Virus record (IMG/VR): IMGVR_UViG_3300045988_175607 | Location: 47,956 to 111,955 of that record | DNA from: a virus | Reading direction: 5' to 3' (one strand) | Length of the DNA stretch: 64,000 nucleotides | Made by a program: the position numbers and the translations under genes | The notes under the pieces: model-generated | The model's input: the letters and a program-made list of their open reading frames with translations, nothing else | Told to the model about the DNA's origin: nothing | Databases searched by the model: none | Part shown: piece by piece, positions 39,201-51,376 of the stretch | Layout: every line of letters starts with the position of its first letter | Numbering within the stretch: the stretch's first letter is position 1

Positions 39201-42200
39201 TCATACCATAGGCACGATCACGAGCTTTTTTAATGCGGTCATACTCACGCTCAAGATCTTCAAGAGTATTTTTTATTTCATGGTAACGCTCAATCTCGTC
39301 TTTATTTGACTTAGGCTCTTTTTTATCAGAACCGCCACCACCACCAGAGTTTTTCTTTTTGCCATTAATGGTTTTCATCTATGGGTCAGGAGCTTCTCTG
39401 GGTACAACAGCTTTATCTAAAGTAATACCAACTTTTACATCTCTAGTTTTATCAATAAAGTCTGCGTATTTTTTTGCTTTGGCTGCTGGATCTGTTTCAT
39501 TATTTATTTCATTAGCTAATTTCTATAAATCTTCATTTCCAGCCACTTCACCCTCAAGAGTTATATTGCTATAGCCTAATTCCATTAATATTTTTGCGAC
39601 AGCTTCTGCTTCAAGCCCAGCCGCATTCAAAGCCTACATTAAACCAGTAAAGTCTGCGTTGCCAGTAGCAGTTAAAACTATGGGGTTGTTATTAATAATA
39701 TCTTGAATATCAGAATATTTAACTTTTATACCATCTATGATGCCTTCTAAAGAGCCAGAATCATAAGCTACCTCTAACTAAGCCAAATCTTTTATTTGAT
39801 TACCCAACTAAATAAATTCATCGCCTGTTGAGTTAGCCCATTTTTTAATTAAATCAGCATTATTCTTAACGAAATCTTTAGATATATTTAAATCAAAAGT
39901 TTTATTGATTGATTTTGCTAAATCCTAAAAGATTTCTTCAGCCTCCGCGGAATTTTTATCTAAGTCTTCTAATGAATCAGAAGCTTTTTGGCATTCTTTA
40001 GCTAATTGTTCCCATTCAGCTTGACGAATTGCTTTTTCAAGCTCTTTAGCTGCTTTTTTTGCCTATTCAGAATCTTCACCATGCGCCTCAAGTTCTTTAT
40101 TATATGTTTTTAATTCATCATAACAAGAAACATATTGAGCACCAAGATTTCTTAAGCCTTTAGCGTGAGTACCTTCATATTTTTCACTTTCACTAAAAGC
40201 AGAATTTAGTTCATCAACTGAAGAGGCCACTTGAGAGACGACTTCCTAATCACTAACATTATCAAGTCTTCCTGATTTAGTGTTTTCAACATCTTGAGAT
40301 ACGTCATTAAAGAAATTAGTAATATCTTCAAAAGCTTTATCCCATTGTTCTTTAGTGGCTGTTACGCTACCTGATAAAATTTTTTGAGCTTCTTCAATAC
40401 TATCTCTTGAATATTGATTTTTTTCACCGACAACAGAAAAATCAAAGTTTTCATTTCCTAATGTAGATGATACAAGATTATCAATTTCACTACCGCGATA
40501 GGCAATATTTTTATCTCTTAAACTTCGCCCCGATTCTATCTATGCCTTCTGACTATCTATTAGTTCTTGGTCAAAATCTTTATTTAAATAATCATTAACA
40601 TTATTTCGTCTCTGCTCTCGCATTTTATTGGCTTCTTGGTTAGACGCTAAAGCAAAATCAACAGCATAATTATTTAAATTGTCAGTGCCAACATATTTAT
40701 ATTTTCCATCTATCTGTTCAATAAAAAGATTTTTTAACTTTTCATCATAGCCAATAAGTTTTTCATAACTTTCAGCATCAATAATATCATTAGTATTTAA
40801 ATCTTTAATAATTTCTAAAATACTAACTAATTGACTTTTAATAGTATCCAAATCTTTGATAACGTTTGAAGCGCTAGCTTTCTCCATGTTTTGAGCAAAC
40901 TATTGCCACAAATTGTCATCCTTTTTAATGATAATACCAAGTTCATTACACCTTTGATAAAACTCAGTTAATGCTGCGACACCTTTAGACCAATCGATTT
41001 CTTCCAAAAGCTCTAAAAATTTTGGCTAGTCTTTTTTAGAAATACTCTAAAACGCTTCAGTAAAATTATTTAAGCCCTCTTGTCCAGAAGAAGAGAAAAT
41101 CTGATCAAGAGTTTCGGTTAATTGTGCCTTATTGGCAACACTAATATCTAAATTATTAACTTTTATTTTATCAAAAGCTTTCTTAACCGAAGGGCCCATT
41201 CCCTTAGCTAATGAATCAAATTGTTTCTAAACAGATTCTGTTAAATCAATAATATTCTATTTAAAATCTTCAACAGATAATCCTAACCCTTCAATAATTT
41301 CATCAGTTAAACCTAATAAAGCATTCTATTCTTTATCACCTAATAAAATTTTATCAAGATCTTTTTGTTTTAACTATGAGGCATCACCATTTATTGCTGC
41401 TAACAATAAATTCTTTCCATCTTCACCGACGGCTTCTAAAGCTTCATCTAAAGCTTTTTCTGCTTTACCTACATATTCATCTCGGTTTTTATATACTTTA
41501 TTATAGGCGAGATATTCAGCCATTTCATCAGCAGTAAAAGCGCCGACCTCTTTACCATCTTTATAAAAAGTTGTTTTATTAGTTACCTAGTCTTTACTAG
41601 TTTTATTAGCTCCTAAAAGTTCTGCGACTTTTTGAGAATTATCATTACCAGCCGTTGGAAAATCCTTTTTTGCTTCCTCGATAAATCTATCTTCTAAATT
41701 AGAAAAAACTGTTAAAAGTTCATTTTTATTATTATTATTCTAAAACTTTTTACTACCTTCAATTTCAGAGGTGATTCTAGTCTTAGTTTCTGTTTTTATT
41801 GTATCTGAATTTTCCTATAAGGCAACTACTATATCAGAAAGTGCTTTTGTAAATTCATCATTGTCAAATAGCTCTACATAATAATCCGATAAAAGTGGAT
41901 TTTGAGCCGCCACTTCATTCCATTGCGTTAAAGATTTTTGAATATTAACATTCAGATCTTTAACATATTCTTCCAAACCGCCCTTATATTTAGCCGCATC
42001 TTGTGCAATAATTTTTAATACTTCATCATCTGTACCCGAAACACCAATTTTATCATTATCTTTTATATTTGTTTTTATCTATTTATATATATCTTGAATA
42101 TTTTTTTCATTTTGTAAAGCTGTAACAGAATAATTAGAAGCATTAACAAGGCGTTCTTTTTCACTTATATCTGATTGTAATTCAATTTTTTTATCTTCTA

Positions 42201-45200
42201 ATGACTGCTTATTGATTTTTATTAAGCCAGTATTACTATCTATAACAAAATCATCGCTATTTAATTTATAAGTTTCTATTAACTCTCTAGCTTCATTATT
42301 AGCAGATTTCAAAGCGTCATTAAAAGCTTCTGTTCCTACTGTTAATTTATTTAAAGATTTAACCGCAGTGTCATATTTATTAATAGTTTCTAATAAATTT
42401 TCATATGACTATTTAGCTTCATTAGCAGCTTCAGCCATTTTTTCAGTATTTTCTTGCGCTGCTTTTAAACGATTTTCAACTTTATTTGCCTCAGCCTTTT
42501 TTACAAGAACCGTAATTAACGCTACAAGTCCTATAATTGCTACAGAAATAGCTAATAATGGCAACCAGCCAGCCTAAGCAATAAGACCCCCGGCCGCAAC
42601 TTTTTTTCCAGCTTCTAACCCTGCCGCTCCCACAACTTTTTCTGCCCCAGCCTAGCCAATTGCAGATACTGTAGCTAATTCATGAGCAGTTTTCTAAGCA
42701 TCAATCAATTTAACAATACTGCTCATTCCAGTCATTAACTAAGGAATAACAAAACCTACCTAAGTTAATACTGCCGTAAATTTTTCCCAACCTGTTGTAT
42801 CAGGATTATTAAGAACATCAATTAGCCCTTGAACGGAAGAAATTACAGTTCCTAATGACATAAGTGCTGTAGTTACCTAGGAAATTGATGCAGCCCAATC
42901 GCTTAATTGTTGTACTGCGTCCTATTTTAACCCCTGTGTCATTTCATCAGCTAATTTATCTTGATAATTTTTAGTGGCATCTAATTCTTGCTTCTATCGA
43001 CCTCGCGCATTTAACATATCTATAACTTCTTGAGGAATATTATATAAATCTTGTCTATCGCTAATAACACCGTTTAATATTTGAGATATCGCATCGTCTC
43101 CACCAAGTTCAAAAAATTCTCCTGGAGCATAACCCTAAGAATTTTGAACTTTTAAAATTATCTCAAATAAATCTTTATATTCTTTTTCTCCTAATTCAGC
43201 TTTACTAGTTAACTCTTTAACTTTATCAATATATTCTTGTAATTTTTGTTTTTCTTCATCAGTAAGTGCATCTTTATCGATTAAAGGATTTTCAGCGTTA
43301 AATGCTTCTGCCTACAACTTTTCAAGCATTAAAGCTAATTCTTTGGCTTTCGCTATGGCAGTATCTGGAACTATATCTTTAAATGATAATTTTTTTTCAG
43401 CCATTCTTTGTAATAAGGCATCAATATTAGTACTTGCAGGTATATCTTCTCCGGTCTCGCCTATATTTTTATAAATCTCACCAAAAATACTTACAACTTC
43501 ATCTTGATATTGAGTGGCTCTTTTCCATTTTCCCTAAAACTCCGCTTGAGCGTATACTTTTTCTACATCTTGTTCAGCTTCTTCTTGAGTTAAAGGTTCA
43601 TCATAAATATCAAGTACACGAGTAAGTTCTTCCTATTGCTTTTTTAGCTCTTTAAGACGTTCTTTGGTTTTATCTATTTCTTTTTGATAATATACAAAAA
43701 AATCTTTTACTTTTGTTGCATCTTCATCAGAATTAATCCCAGCCAATTTTTCATTTAATTGTTTTTCTGCTTCAGAGCGAGCAACTAAAGCAGCATCTTT
43801 TTTTTCGCCTTTTAAACCTCTTAAAGAGGTATTTGCTCTTATTTTTTTTAACTAATCATTTTGATAAGCCTTTTTAGCACGATCCAAAGCCGAGCCTTGT
43901 ATATTATCTATTTCTGCTGCTACTTCAACTTTTCTTATTTTTGAATTTTCAATATTTTCATCTCTTGTTGCTTTTGAATGTACGACACTGCGCTCTTTTT
44001 CATATTGCAATAACTTTTCACTATCTTTTAATTGTTTAGCTAATTCCTAACTATGCTTTTGTAAAGTATCTAAACCATCAAGCTAAATCTAAAAGCGTTT
44101 TTTTGTAACATCATTTAAACTATTCTCATATTTAAGGAAAGTCTCTTGCAAAGAAGTGCGTTGTAATAAATTGGCTCCCTAAGTAGACATTGAAATGTCG
44201 GAACTACCAGACATAGTACGATAAACACTTTGTGCATCTTGGATTGCCTATCTTTTACTCTGTTCAAATGCTTTTTGGCCCGCAGGAGTCAATTGTTTTA
44301 TTGAAATTGCAGCATTGCGTAAACCTTGTGCCATTTCCTACTAGAACACCTTGGTAACAATAGTTCCAATAGTAAACAATACACCTTTTAAGCCGCCCAA
44401 ACCATTAATTAAATCAGCTACAAACTCAAGAACATTTTTTAAACCATCAGTCATGGTAATAAAAGCGTCATCTTTTAATAACTAACTATAAATCTCTTCG
44501 GCGGCAGCTTGTACTCTCTTAGAAGCACCAAGCCAGCTCTCTTCAAAAATCTTAGCCTGATTATCTAATTCACCAGTTGAGCTTTTTGCAACACCAACTA
44601 ATTCCTAAAAATAATCCCAATTACTCATTAAAGTAATTAATTGATTATATTGACGCACACCAGCAACAGTTTGCGCCAAAGCCATTTGCTGATCTCGACG
44701 TAAAGTAGTCCATTTATCACCCAGCTCATTCAAAATAGTATCCATATCTTTCAATTCGCCGGAAGTATCTTTAATATTTATACCAACTTTACTTAAAGCT
44801 TCAGAATATTTATTTAAATTAGTGCCATCATCTTGGGTTTCTCCAAGAGTCAAGCCTTGAATACGAGAGAATAATGTACGTAATGCAGTACCAGCTACAT
44901 CGGCACTTTCACGAGTTGTGGCTGTAATAGTTGCTAAAGCACTTGACGCATATTCATAACTTAATCCAATAGTCTGAGCAACAGATGAGAACTTCTCTAA
45001 ACCTTGTGTGATTTCGTCAGTACTAGAAGCTGTATACGCACCCAATTTAACCAAAACGTCCGCAAAATATTCAAGATTATCAGAGCCTTGTGCAAAGTTA
45101 TTCCATACGGCAGTCATCTGGTCTGCGACAGTTTCAGCACTAACACCCGCAACATTCGCCATTTTTATTGTGGCATCTGTACGCTTTTTAACTTCTTCAT

Positions 45201-45867
45201 CACTCAAACCCTATTGATAGTAAATCAATGAAGCGTTTGTATAATTAGTGGTTGTAGTACTCAAAGCTTTTGCAGCTCTATTAGCTTCAACCGCAAAATC
45301 CTTCATCTATTCAGCACTATATCCAGTAACAATACGAATATCATTCAAAGATCTATTTAAATTTTGAGCATAATAATAAGCCTTTTGCACACCGCCCATT
45401 AAACCATGTACAATACTGGATGATAATTGCCATCTCGCAGTATTTGATAACGACACACCAAGTTCTTTTATTTTACTATTTACGCGAAAAATTGGCGCTT
45501 CAGCGTTAACAATAGCTCTTGTCATACCATTGAAAGCTTCCATGCCCTTCGGACCTAAAAGCGCCAATTCATTACCATAATCTTTTAAGGTTTTTCCACT
45601 TTGTTTAAGTGAAGCATTGAATCTATTTAAATCCAACTTGCCAGTCTTAGGATTCATCGCAGATTCTAACTAAGCTTGTAATTCAGCGGCAGAAGCACGA
45701 GCCTTCATTAAGGCATTATCCAGATCTGAGAGTCCGCTGCCATTATTCCAATTTAAATTTTTGCCAACGGCTAAACTATTTAAAGCTTGCTATAATGATT
45801 GTATTTCCTTCTTTGCCGCATTAGCATCTGCGGTAAAAGATAAGGTTACATTTAACTGTTTTGGCAT
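36280..45867 (-). CDS. Tail tape measure protein (about 3195 codons, dozens of in-frame TAG)
   Basis: Ten track ORFs from 45307 down to 36280 all have mod 3 = 1; every fragment end checked (45307, 44605, 42079, 40540, 38746) is TAG; long coiled-coil E/K/Q/L-rich text; C-terminal YGYATGGYTGNWGTSDGKVALLHEKELVLNK is typical of TMP ends; SD AAAGGAGC + ATG 45867; TAA 36280. Confidence 0.7.
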
Positions 45868-45901
45868 ATTAATAAATTGCTCCTTTCTCTCTATATACGA
45901 A

Positions 45902-45938
45902 AAAAGCCTTATGGTATATTAAATACCATAAGGCTTTT
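45902..45938 (-). terminator. Perfect 16-bp hairpin between the chaperone gene and the TMP start
   Basis: AAAAGCCTTATGGTAT-ATTAA-ATACCATAAGGCTTTT, followed on the minus strand by T-rich sequence and then the TMP SD. Confidence 0.55.
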
Positions 45939-45978
45939 AATATCCTAATTTTATTAAAAATTAGAATAATTCAATAAA

Positions 45979-46512
45979 TTACTTTAGACCAAGTAAAGGT
46001 GCTATCTGCTTCAAAAGCTCTAGATTGTTAGGATCAGCGAGCTTCTTTTGAATTTCATTAGCATCAAGATTTAATTGGCTATAGTCTTGAGAGATTGTAT
46101 CCATAATACCAGCCGTAGAATTTTGATAGGTATAAATTGAATCAACCATCTTACTAATTTCCGCAAGAAGTATAGAATATTCATTAGTTGGTAAATAATC
46201 CATAAGCTTACTCATAAAACCAGAACCAATAAGCAAATCATAAATCTTTGAAGGATTTTCTAATTGTTTTTCTGTAAAAGTTATATTAGTATAGTTACGG
46301 ACTATTTCAAGTGCAAGATATACTTCTATTTTTACTGCATTAGAAAATTCCTTTTGCGCATCATGGGAATTATTAATTACAGTAGCAATAAGATCAAGCT
46401 TATCGGCTATTGGAAGATATTGCTTTACTTCAATAGTCTCATTATTATAATCAAAAGTTTTTATATCTTGATTTTTATTTAAACCAAGTTTTGTAAAAGA
46501 TACTTTTGCCAT
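45979..46512 (-). CDS. Tail assembly chaperone-like protein (177 aa), TAG-free
   Basis: SD AAAAGGAGA + ATG 46512; TAA 45979; lies directly upstream of the TMP gene. Confidence 0.5.
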   Translation of the reverse strand: MAKVSFTKLGLNKNQDIKTFDYNNETIEVKQYLPIADKLDLIATVINNSHDAQKEFSNAVKIEVYLALEIVRNYTNITFTEKQLENPSKIYDLLIGSGFMSKLMDYLPTNEYSILLAEISKMVDSIYTYQNSTAGIMDTISQDYSQLNLDANEIQKKLADPNNLELLKQIAPLLGLK

Positions 46513-46543
46513 TATATATTTCTCCTTTTACTCTATATATAAA

Positions 46544-46574
46544 TATTATAACATAAAAAAAATGAATTGTAAAA
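46544..46574 (-). promoter_or_regulatory. Sigma70-like promoter (TTTACA-17 bp-TTATAAT) upstream of the chaperone gene
   Basis: On the minus strand: -35 TTTACA (plus 46569-46574), 17-bp spacer, -10 TTATAAT (plus 46544-46550). Confidence 0.45.
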
Positions 46575-46579
46575 TTTTC

Positions 46580-47164
46580 TTATTGTTTTGTAAGATTTGC
46601 CAATAAAGCATCACTTTCATTCTCTACCTATTCATTTAATTCCTATTCAATTTTTTGCAATACAGTGGCTGAAAATTTTTCAAATAATTGTTCCACGTCC
46701 TCATCTTTAATATTTTCTATGCCTCTTTTTGTTATTTCTAAAAAGAAGTTAATTAGTGCCTAAAGAGATTGTACGTATTTTTTATAATTATGCACATAAT
46801 TATAACTTGTATTAACACTACCTTTTGCCTGAATATTATATATTACTTTTCCCTCGTGATCAATAAGAATAATATCTCCTCCCCAATGCGCATCTAAATT
46901 TCCCTTTGCGCTTTGTAAAAGTAAAAAAAGACTTTTTCCTCCTGTCCCACCATGCTCTTCAATTACGCTTCTTCTTAAACTAGTTGCATGGTTTTTACTT
47001 AAGGCTTGAGCATGTTGCATTACCAAATGATTGCCAAAACTTTCATTAACATATCCATGATAATAACCCCCGCCCCAAAAATATTCAGCAAGAGAAATCT
47101 GTTCAGAACCTCTTTCATATGCATCATATCTGTTTTTCATATAATAATAAGACCACACTCTCAT
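46580..47164 (-). CDS. Hypothetical tail assembly protein (about 194 codons, 3 in-frame TAG); may be the C-terminal part of a readthrough fusion with 47222..47731
   Basis: ATG 47164; TAG at 46760, 46643 and 46628; TAA 46580. The same frame stays open upstream through five TAG codons into the preceding ORF. Confidence 0.45.
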
Positions 47165-47221
47165 TTTTATAAAATCTTTTTTATCCTAGAGCTATGGATT
47201 CTATACCTACCTATAAAAATT

Positions 47222-47731
47222 CTATAAATGATTTTGCATTACTTCATTTAATAAAATTAATGATTCTGATGACTCTTTTAACTGTTTTATCTTTGCCAAA
47301 GTATTATTAATGTTTTTTTCTCCAATTTGGTTAACTTTTTTACCAACAAGCATTTTTTCATCGGCTAAGAAATATGTTTTAATTTTTTCTTGATCATTAA
47401 AATTAAAAGTAGTGAGTAGACCAATTTGATCTCCGCCCAAGCTTTTCATAAAATTGGCAAGCGGTTCAGACACTTTTTCGATATCACGAAAAAAATGTTT
47501 AATTGTTTTTCTTCTTACCGTTGCTTGTGTTGTAGAAACCTTTTTAAGAGTATCTGAAGCTTTATTTAACATATTTTGTAATTCAGAATAAGTTTCTGTT
47601 TGTGGCAAAACTTTTTTAATAGCTTCTTTAAATTCTTCTTTAGATATAGCTTCTTTTCCTAAAATAACTCTTTCAGTAAGGGCATAAGATTGTTTCATAT
47701 TGTTATCATCAATAGTAGTAATGACTCGCAT
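47222..47731 (-). CDS. Hypothetical tail assembly protein (about 169 codons)
   Basis: Probable ATG near 47731 (MRVITTIDDNN...); the longer N-terminus in the track reads through the terminator hairpin; ends at the first of five clustered TAG codons (47222). Confidence 0.4.
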   Translation of the reverse strand: MRVITTIDDNNMKQSYALTERVILGKEAISKEEFKEAIKKVLPQTETYSELQNMLNKASDTLKKVSTTQATVRRKTIKHFFRDIEKVSEPLANFMKSLGGDQIGLLTTFNFNDQEKIKTYFLADEKMLVGKKVNQIGEKNINNTLAKIKQLKESSESLILLNEVMQNHL

Positions 47732-47769
47732 ATATTCTTTAATATTTTCCTCCTTTCTTATAAAAAAAT

Positions 47770-47797
47770 AATGGGGGAAGATTTCTCTTCCCCCATT
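47770..47797 (-). terminator. Rho-independent terminator after the major tail gene (AATGGGGGAAGA/TCTTCCCCCATT)
   Basis: Perfect 12-bp stem, 4-nt loop; A-run on plus gives the minus T-tract. Confidence 0.65.
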
Positions 47798-47965
47798 TTT
47801 ATTCTTGAGAATCAAGCTCAAAATCTAATTCTTCAAAAACCTTCTTAGGTTTTTTCTTTGTTATTTTTATCGGCTTTTCTTCTTCAATATTAATCTTTTC
47901 TACTTCTGGTTCTACCACCTTAGTAGCATTTCCCACACTTGCTTTTTTACGCGAGTGTATAATCA

Positions 47966-48964
47966 TTAGTCTATGAAATATTCCTCATGAGCCTTGATAT
48001 GATCAGTCTTAAGACGCTCGATATCAGAAGCACCCGCAGTTTCAATAATCTGAATTGCGGCGAGGACTTTCTTAGTCTTGTCGAAACGAGTATAATCAGG
48101 GAATGCATCCATGGTAAAGGTGAAAGTAGAAGGATCGCCAGAAGACGCCATTGTGAAAGTAAAGTTAGACTGAATCTTGCAGTTAGGAATAATAAATTCC
48201 GCAGGCATATCTACACCATTGCGATCACGGAACAGAGTAGAAGCTTCAAGATAGTAGTTACCGCCAAACTTATCGGCAGTAATTTCAATCTGCTGCGCGC
48301 CACTTTCCTTGGCTACATAATAGTCTACCAGCACAACGCAACCAGCCTTGAAAGGAGTGAGGTCATCACGCTCAGCACCCTCAGCAGTACGAGTAATGGG
48401 CAGAGTAATCTTATAACCAGAATAGGTTATACCTTCGACTTCTTCAGTAACTTTCACATAAGTATTATCAGCTTCCTTATTGCTGTAACCTTCGGGCTTA
48501 GCAGGAATATAAGGCTCAGTGGCAACTTCATCGCCATCCATAAGCATAACATAAACCATATCCTCATTATTATCAGCAAAATAGGGCTTTTCTTTCAGAT
48601 AAATAGTAACCTTATCGGCATCTACTATAACCTGGTCAGTTTGTTCAGTTGTATGAACATAAATAGGAGCGCCCTTACCAGCTTCAATAAGACCAGCACC
48701 AGAAAGAATCATGAATCCCGCAGGGGAAATCAGAGCATCCTCCATGGTGAAGGTTACTGTGCGCTCACCTTCCCAAGCTACAAGACGTGTATTACCACGT
48801 CCGCCTTGCGCGTAAACTGTGGTTGCAGCGCCTTCCATGCTGGAGGTCTTCAATGTATCAAAATAAATAACAGGTTCATTTTTATAGAATATTTTATTAC
48901 CCACTTTTTGAGGTGCTTTCGCCTTTAACACGACGTCACAAATCTCGCGGACACCAAACTTCAT
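47966..48964 (-). CDS. Major tail (tube) protein (332 aa), TAG-free
   Basis: SD TTAAGGAGG + ATG 48964 (MKFGVREICDVVLKA...); TAA 47966; strong terminator follows; sits upstream of the chaperone/TMP block. Confidence 0.55.
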   Translation of the reverse strand: MKFGVREICDVVLKAKAPQKVGNKIFYKNEPVIYFDTLKTSSMEGAATTVYAQGGRGNTRLVAWEGERTVTFTMEDALISPAGFMILSGAGLIEAGKGAPIYVHTTEQTDQVIVDADKVTIYLKEKPYFADNNEDMVYVMLMDGDEVATEPYIPAKPEGYSNKEADNTYVKVTEEVEGITYSGYKITLPITRTAEGAERDDLTPFKAGCVVLVDYYVAKESGAQQIEITADKFGGNYYLEASTLFRDRNGVDMPAEFIIPNCKIQSNFTFTMASSGDPSTFTFTMDAFPDYTRFDKTKKVLAAIQIIETAGASDIERLKTDHIKAHEEYFID

Positions 48965-48987
48965 AGTGTTTTGTTCCTCCTTAATAT

Positions 48988-49713
48988 TTAATGAATATTT
49001 TTCATCCAATTATCGGGTTGTTGATCCGGCTTACCTCCCGCCAATCTAGTTCGGACGTCAAGATCCCAATTAGTATACAGAGAGAGTCTTTCAATTAAAT
49101 CATACATCTAAAACATAGTTAAATCTAAAACATCATGTAAAGACATTGAGTTAAGGCCTACTGTTAGGATGGATGCGTATTGGGCAAAGATGCTGCCCGC
49201 ACCCTCTCCCTTCTCCGCTGCAACTCGTTGCCGCCCTCGCATGAGCTTTTCCGCAATTTCTCTTGCTTTAGCATCTGCAGGATTGAAAGCAGTTTCACCC
49301 ATCGCCCCGGAATTAACACAAAAAATTTGACGTAAAATTTCTTGAAAGGAATCAAAATTACCCTCATCTAATATGATATTTGTATCTTCTTTATTAAAAA
49401 AAATTGACCGAGGGGTAAAATTAATTTTATAACTCGGACATATCATATTTAATAATTGTTTCACATGTATTTTTTTATCTTGCCCTTCTGGACTATTTAA
49501 AAGTGTCATGACAATCTAAAAGTTATTAACCGTAGCCAATTCTTCTTGATTCTCAGCAAACATGCGTTTATCTAAACAAAGAGTCTAAACACCAGTAAAA
49601 AAAGGCGTTTCGCCCAAATAAGCTATCTCCTTGATTTTCGGCTAGTGAATAATTAAAGGACATTCAGGCACCGCAATATCTATACCAGATATTAAGGCTA
49701 GCCGCAAATCCAT
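48988..49713 (-). CDS. Hypothetical tail completion/terminator-like protein (about 241 codons, 4 in-frame TAG)
   Basis: Track ORF 49108..49509 extended through TAG to ATG 49713 (GAGGG upstream, overlaps the previous stop) and down to TAA 48988. Confidence 0.4.
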
Positions 49714-49715
49714 AA

Positions 49716-50324
49716 TTAACCCTCATCTTCATCATCAGGTCCAATAGTGTCCATGCTAAAGTAATCATTCAAGAATACTTTTTCATCTTGCGGCGTAAGC
49801 ATATTTTTCTTATCTTCTTCACCATGCACAACGCGATACATCAAACACAATCCCGCATACTCATCATTAAGTACTATTTGATTGCAGCCTAAAAATTCAG
49901 TTAAACCAATTCCAGTCAATCTTTGATTGTTTAACATAGAATCAATTTCCGCTGCAATTTTATAGGGTCGCAATTTAAAATCTGTTAATTGCCATTGATC
50001 AAAATGACAAATAACATCTACTTCTAATACATTATCTCTAAATTGCGGATTCGTTGCATTTGTTAAAAAATTATCAAAAGAAATAATTAAATAAGCAAAA
50101 ACTTCAGAATCAACATAAAGCTTGGGTACAATTTTTATTTGCTTTCCAAATAGCTCAATACTCTAATCTTCAGTTAATGCCGGCTTAATTAATGCATCCT
50201 TTGAAGGATAATACAATAACTTTTTTAACCGAACATCAGCCAAAATCTTATCTACAATGATAGCTAAATCCTTTTCTAACGATAAAAAAGAAGATTTCGG
50301 CTCAATATAGCTCATAACTTTCAT
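49716..50324 (-). CDS. Hypothetical head-tail joining protein (about 202 codons, 1 in-frame TAG)
   Basis: SD GATAAAGGAG + ATG about 50324 (MKVMSYIEPK...); TAA 49716. Confidence 0.45.
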
Positions 50325-50347
50325 AACACTTTTTCTCCTTTATCTCA

Positions 50348-51376
50348 TTAAAACAGAGACTCAACCACTATTACTTTTTCAAAATCACCATAGCTTAATG
50401 TAAACTATCCACTTATAGGTTTTAACCACATTAATTCAATACAATGCTCATCAATTTCCCAACATTGTAACGGCAAATCAGTTTTTATTTTCCAATCAGA
50501 AATCATAGAGCCAGTAAATTGATATCTATATCTCTTTTTGGGCTTAATAAATGTCTCACCAGTAATAGTGTCCTCTATTTCTTCGGTATTGGGATTTTTC
50601 TCTTCAACTACTAATCCGCCTACAATACCATTTTCTATATCATCTTCAACTTTATTACTATAATATTCTACTGCATTTATTTCTAAAACACCCGGCATAC
50701 TAATCCAATCCACAGCTTCAACTCGCCAACAGATTTTATTTTTTTGTACTGGATCATTCTACAAATAAAATTTAGAATATCTGGTAAAATATTTTAAAGT
50801 TTCTTCATTTTTAGGCATTAATATATTCAAAGAATAATTAGGTTCATCCACACTAATTCCATGTTTTTGAATAAAATTAATTTTTGTTTCTACAGGGCCA
50901 CGAATTGCTGCATAGGTTTTATGCTCACCATCATCATCTTTCCAAACAATTTCATAAGAACACTTACGAATATCGCCACGAAAATATGCCAATTCAGTTA
51001 AATCTTGCAAATAAACTAACCAATAAGTGTGAGTACCAACCCATTCAAAAACAGTGCCTGGCTAAAATCTAGACTCAAATCCAACAGAAACAATCTTATC
51101 ATCATAATCTTGTTTTAATTTATTAGGATTAATTAAAGCGCGATATGTATTTAATATCTTTGCATTAATGTCCCGCACATCAGCAGCCTAGTAAGAATAA
51201 AGGGTGGCTTTATCCAAACTGCGACGCTTATCTTTAATCATTCTTTCTTGCTGATGATATCCTCCGCGCTATATAAACTATTGGTCACGAGTTTCAACAC
51301 CAGCATCTTGTCCTGGCTACTAAGAATATAAACCAAGACGTCCGCGCATTAATGAATTTACATGTACATTATGCAT
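50348..51376 (-). CDS. Hypothetical neck/tail protein (about 342 codons, about 9 in-frame TAG)
   Basis: Track ORFs 50759..51010 and 50405..50713 share a frame; extended through TAG to ATG 51376 and to TAA 50348. Confidence 0.4.

Noticed and set aside
47732-47821. N-terminal extension MSLILKNKNGGREIFPHYFF... of track ORF 47222..47821
   Set aside because: It reads through the 12-bp terminator hairpin after the major tail gene; the real start is more likely the ATG near 47731.
48965-49009. N-terminal extension MDEKYSLNIKEEQNT of track ORF 47966..49009
   Set aside because: A strong SD (TTAAGGAGG) precedes the internal ATG at 48964. The extension overlaps the C-terminal coding region of the upstream gene, which ends at TAA 48988.
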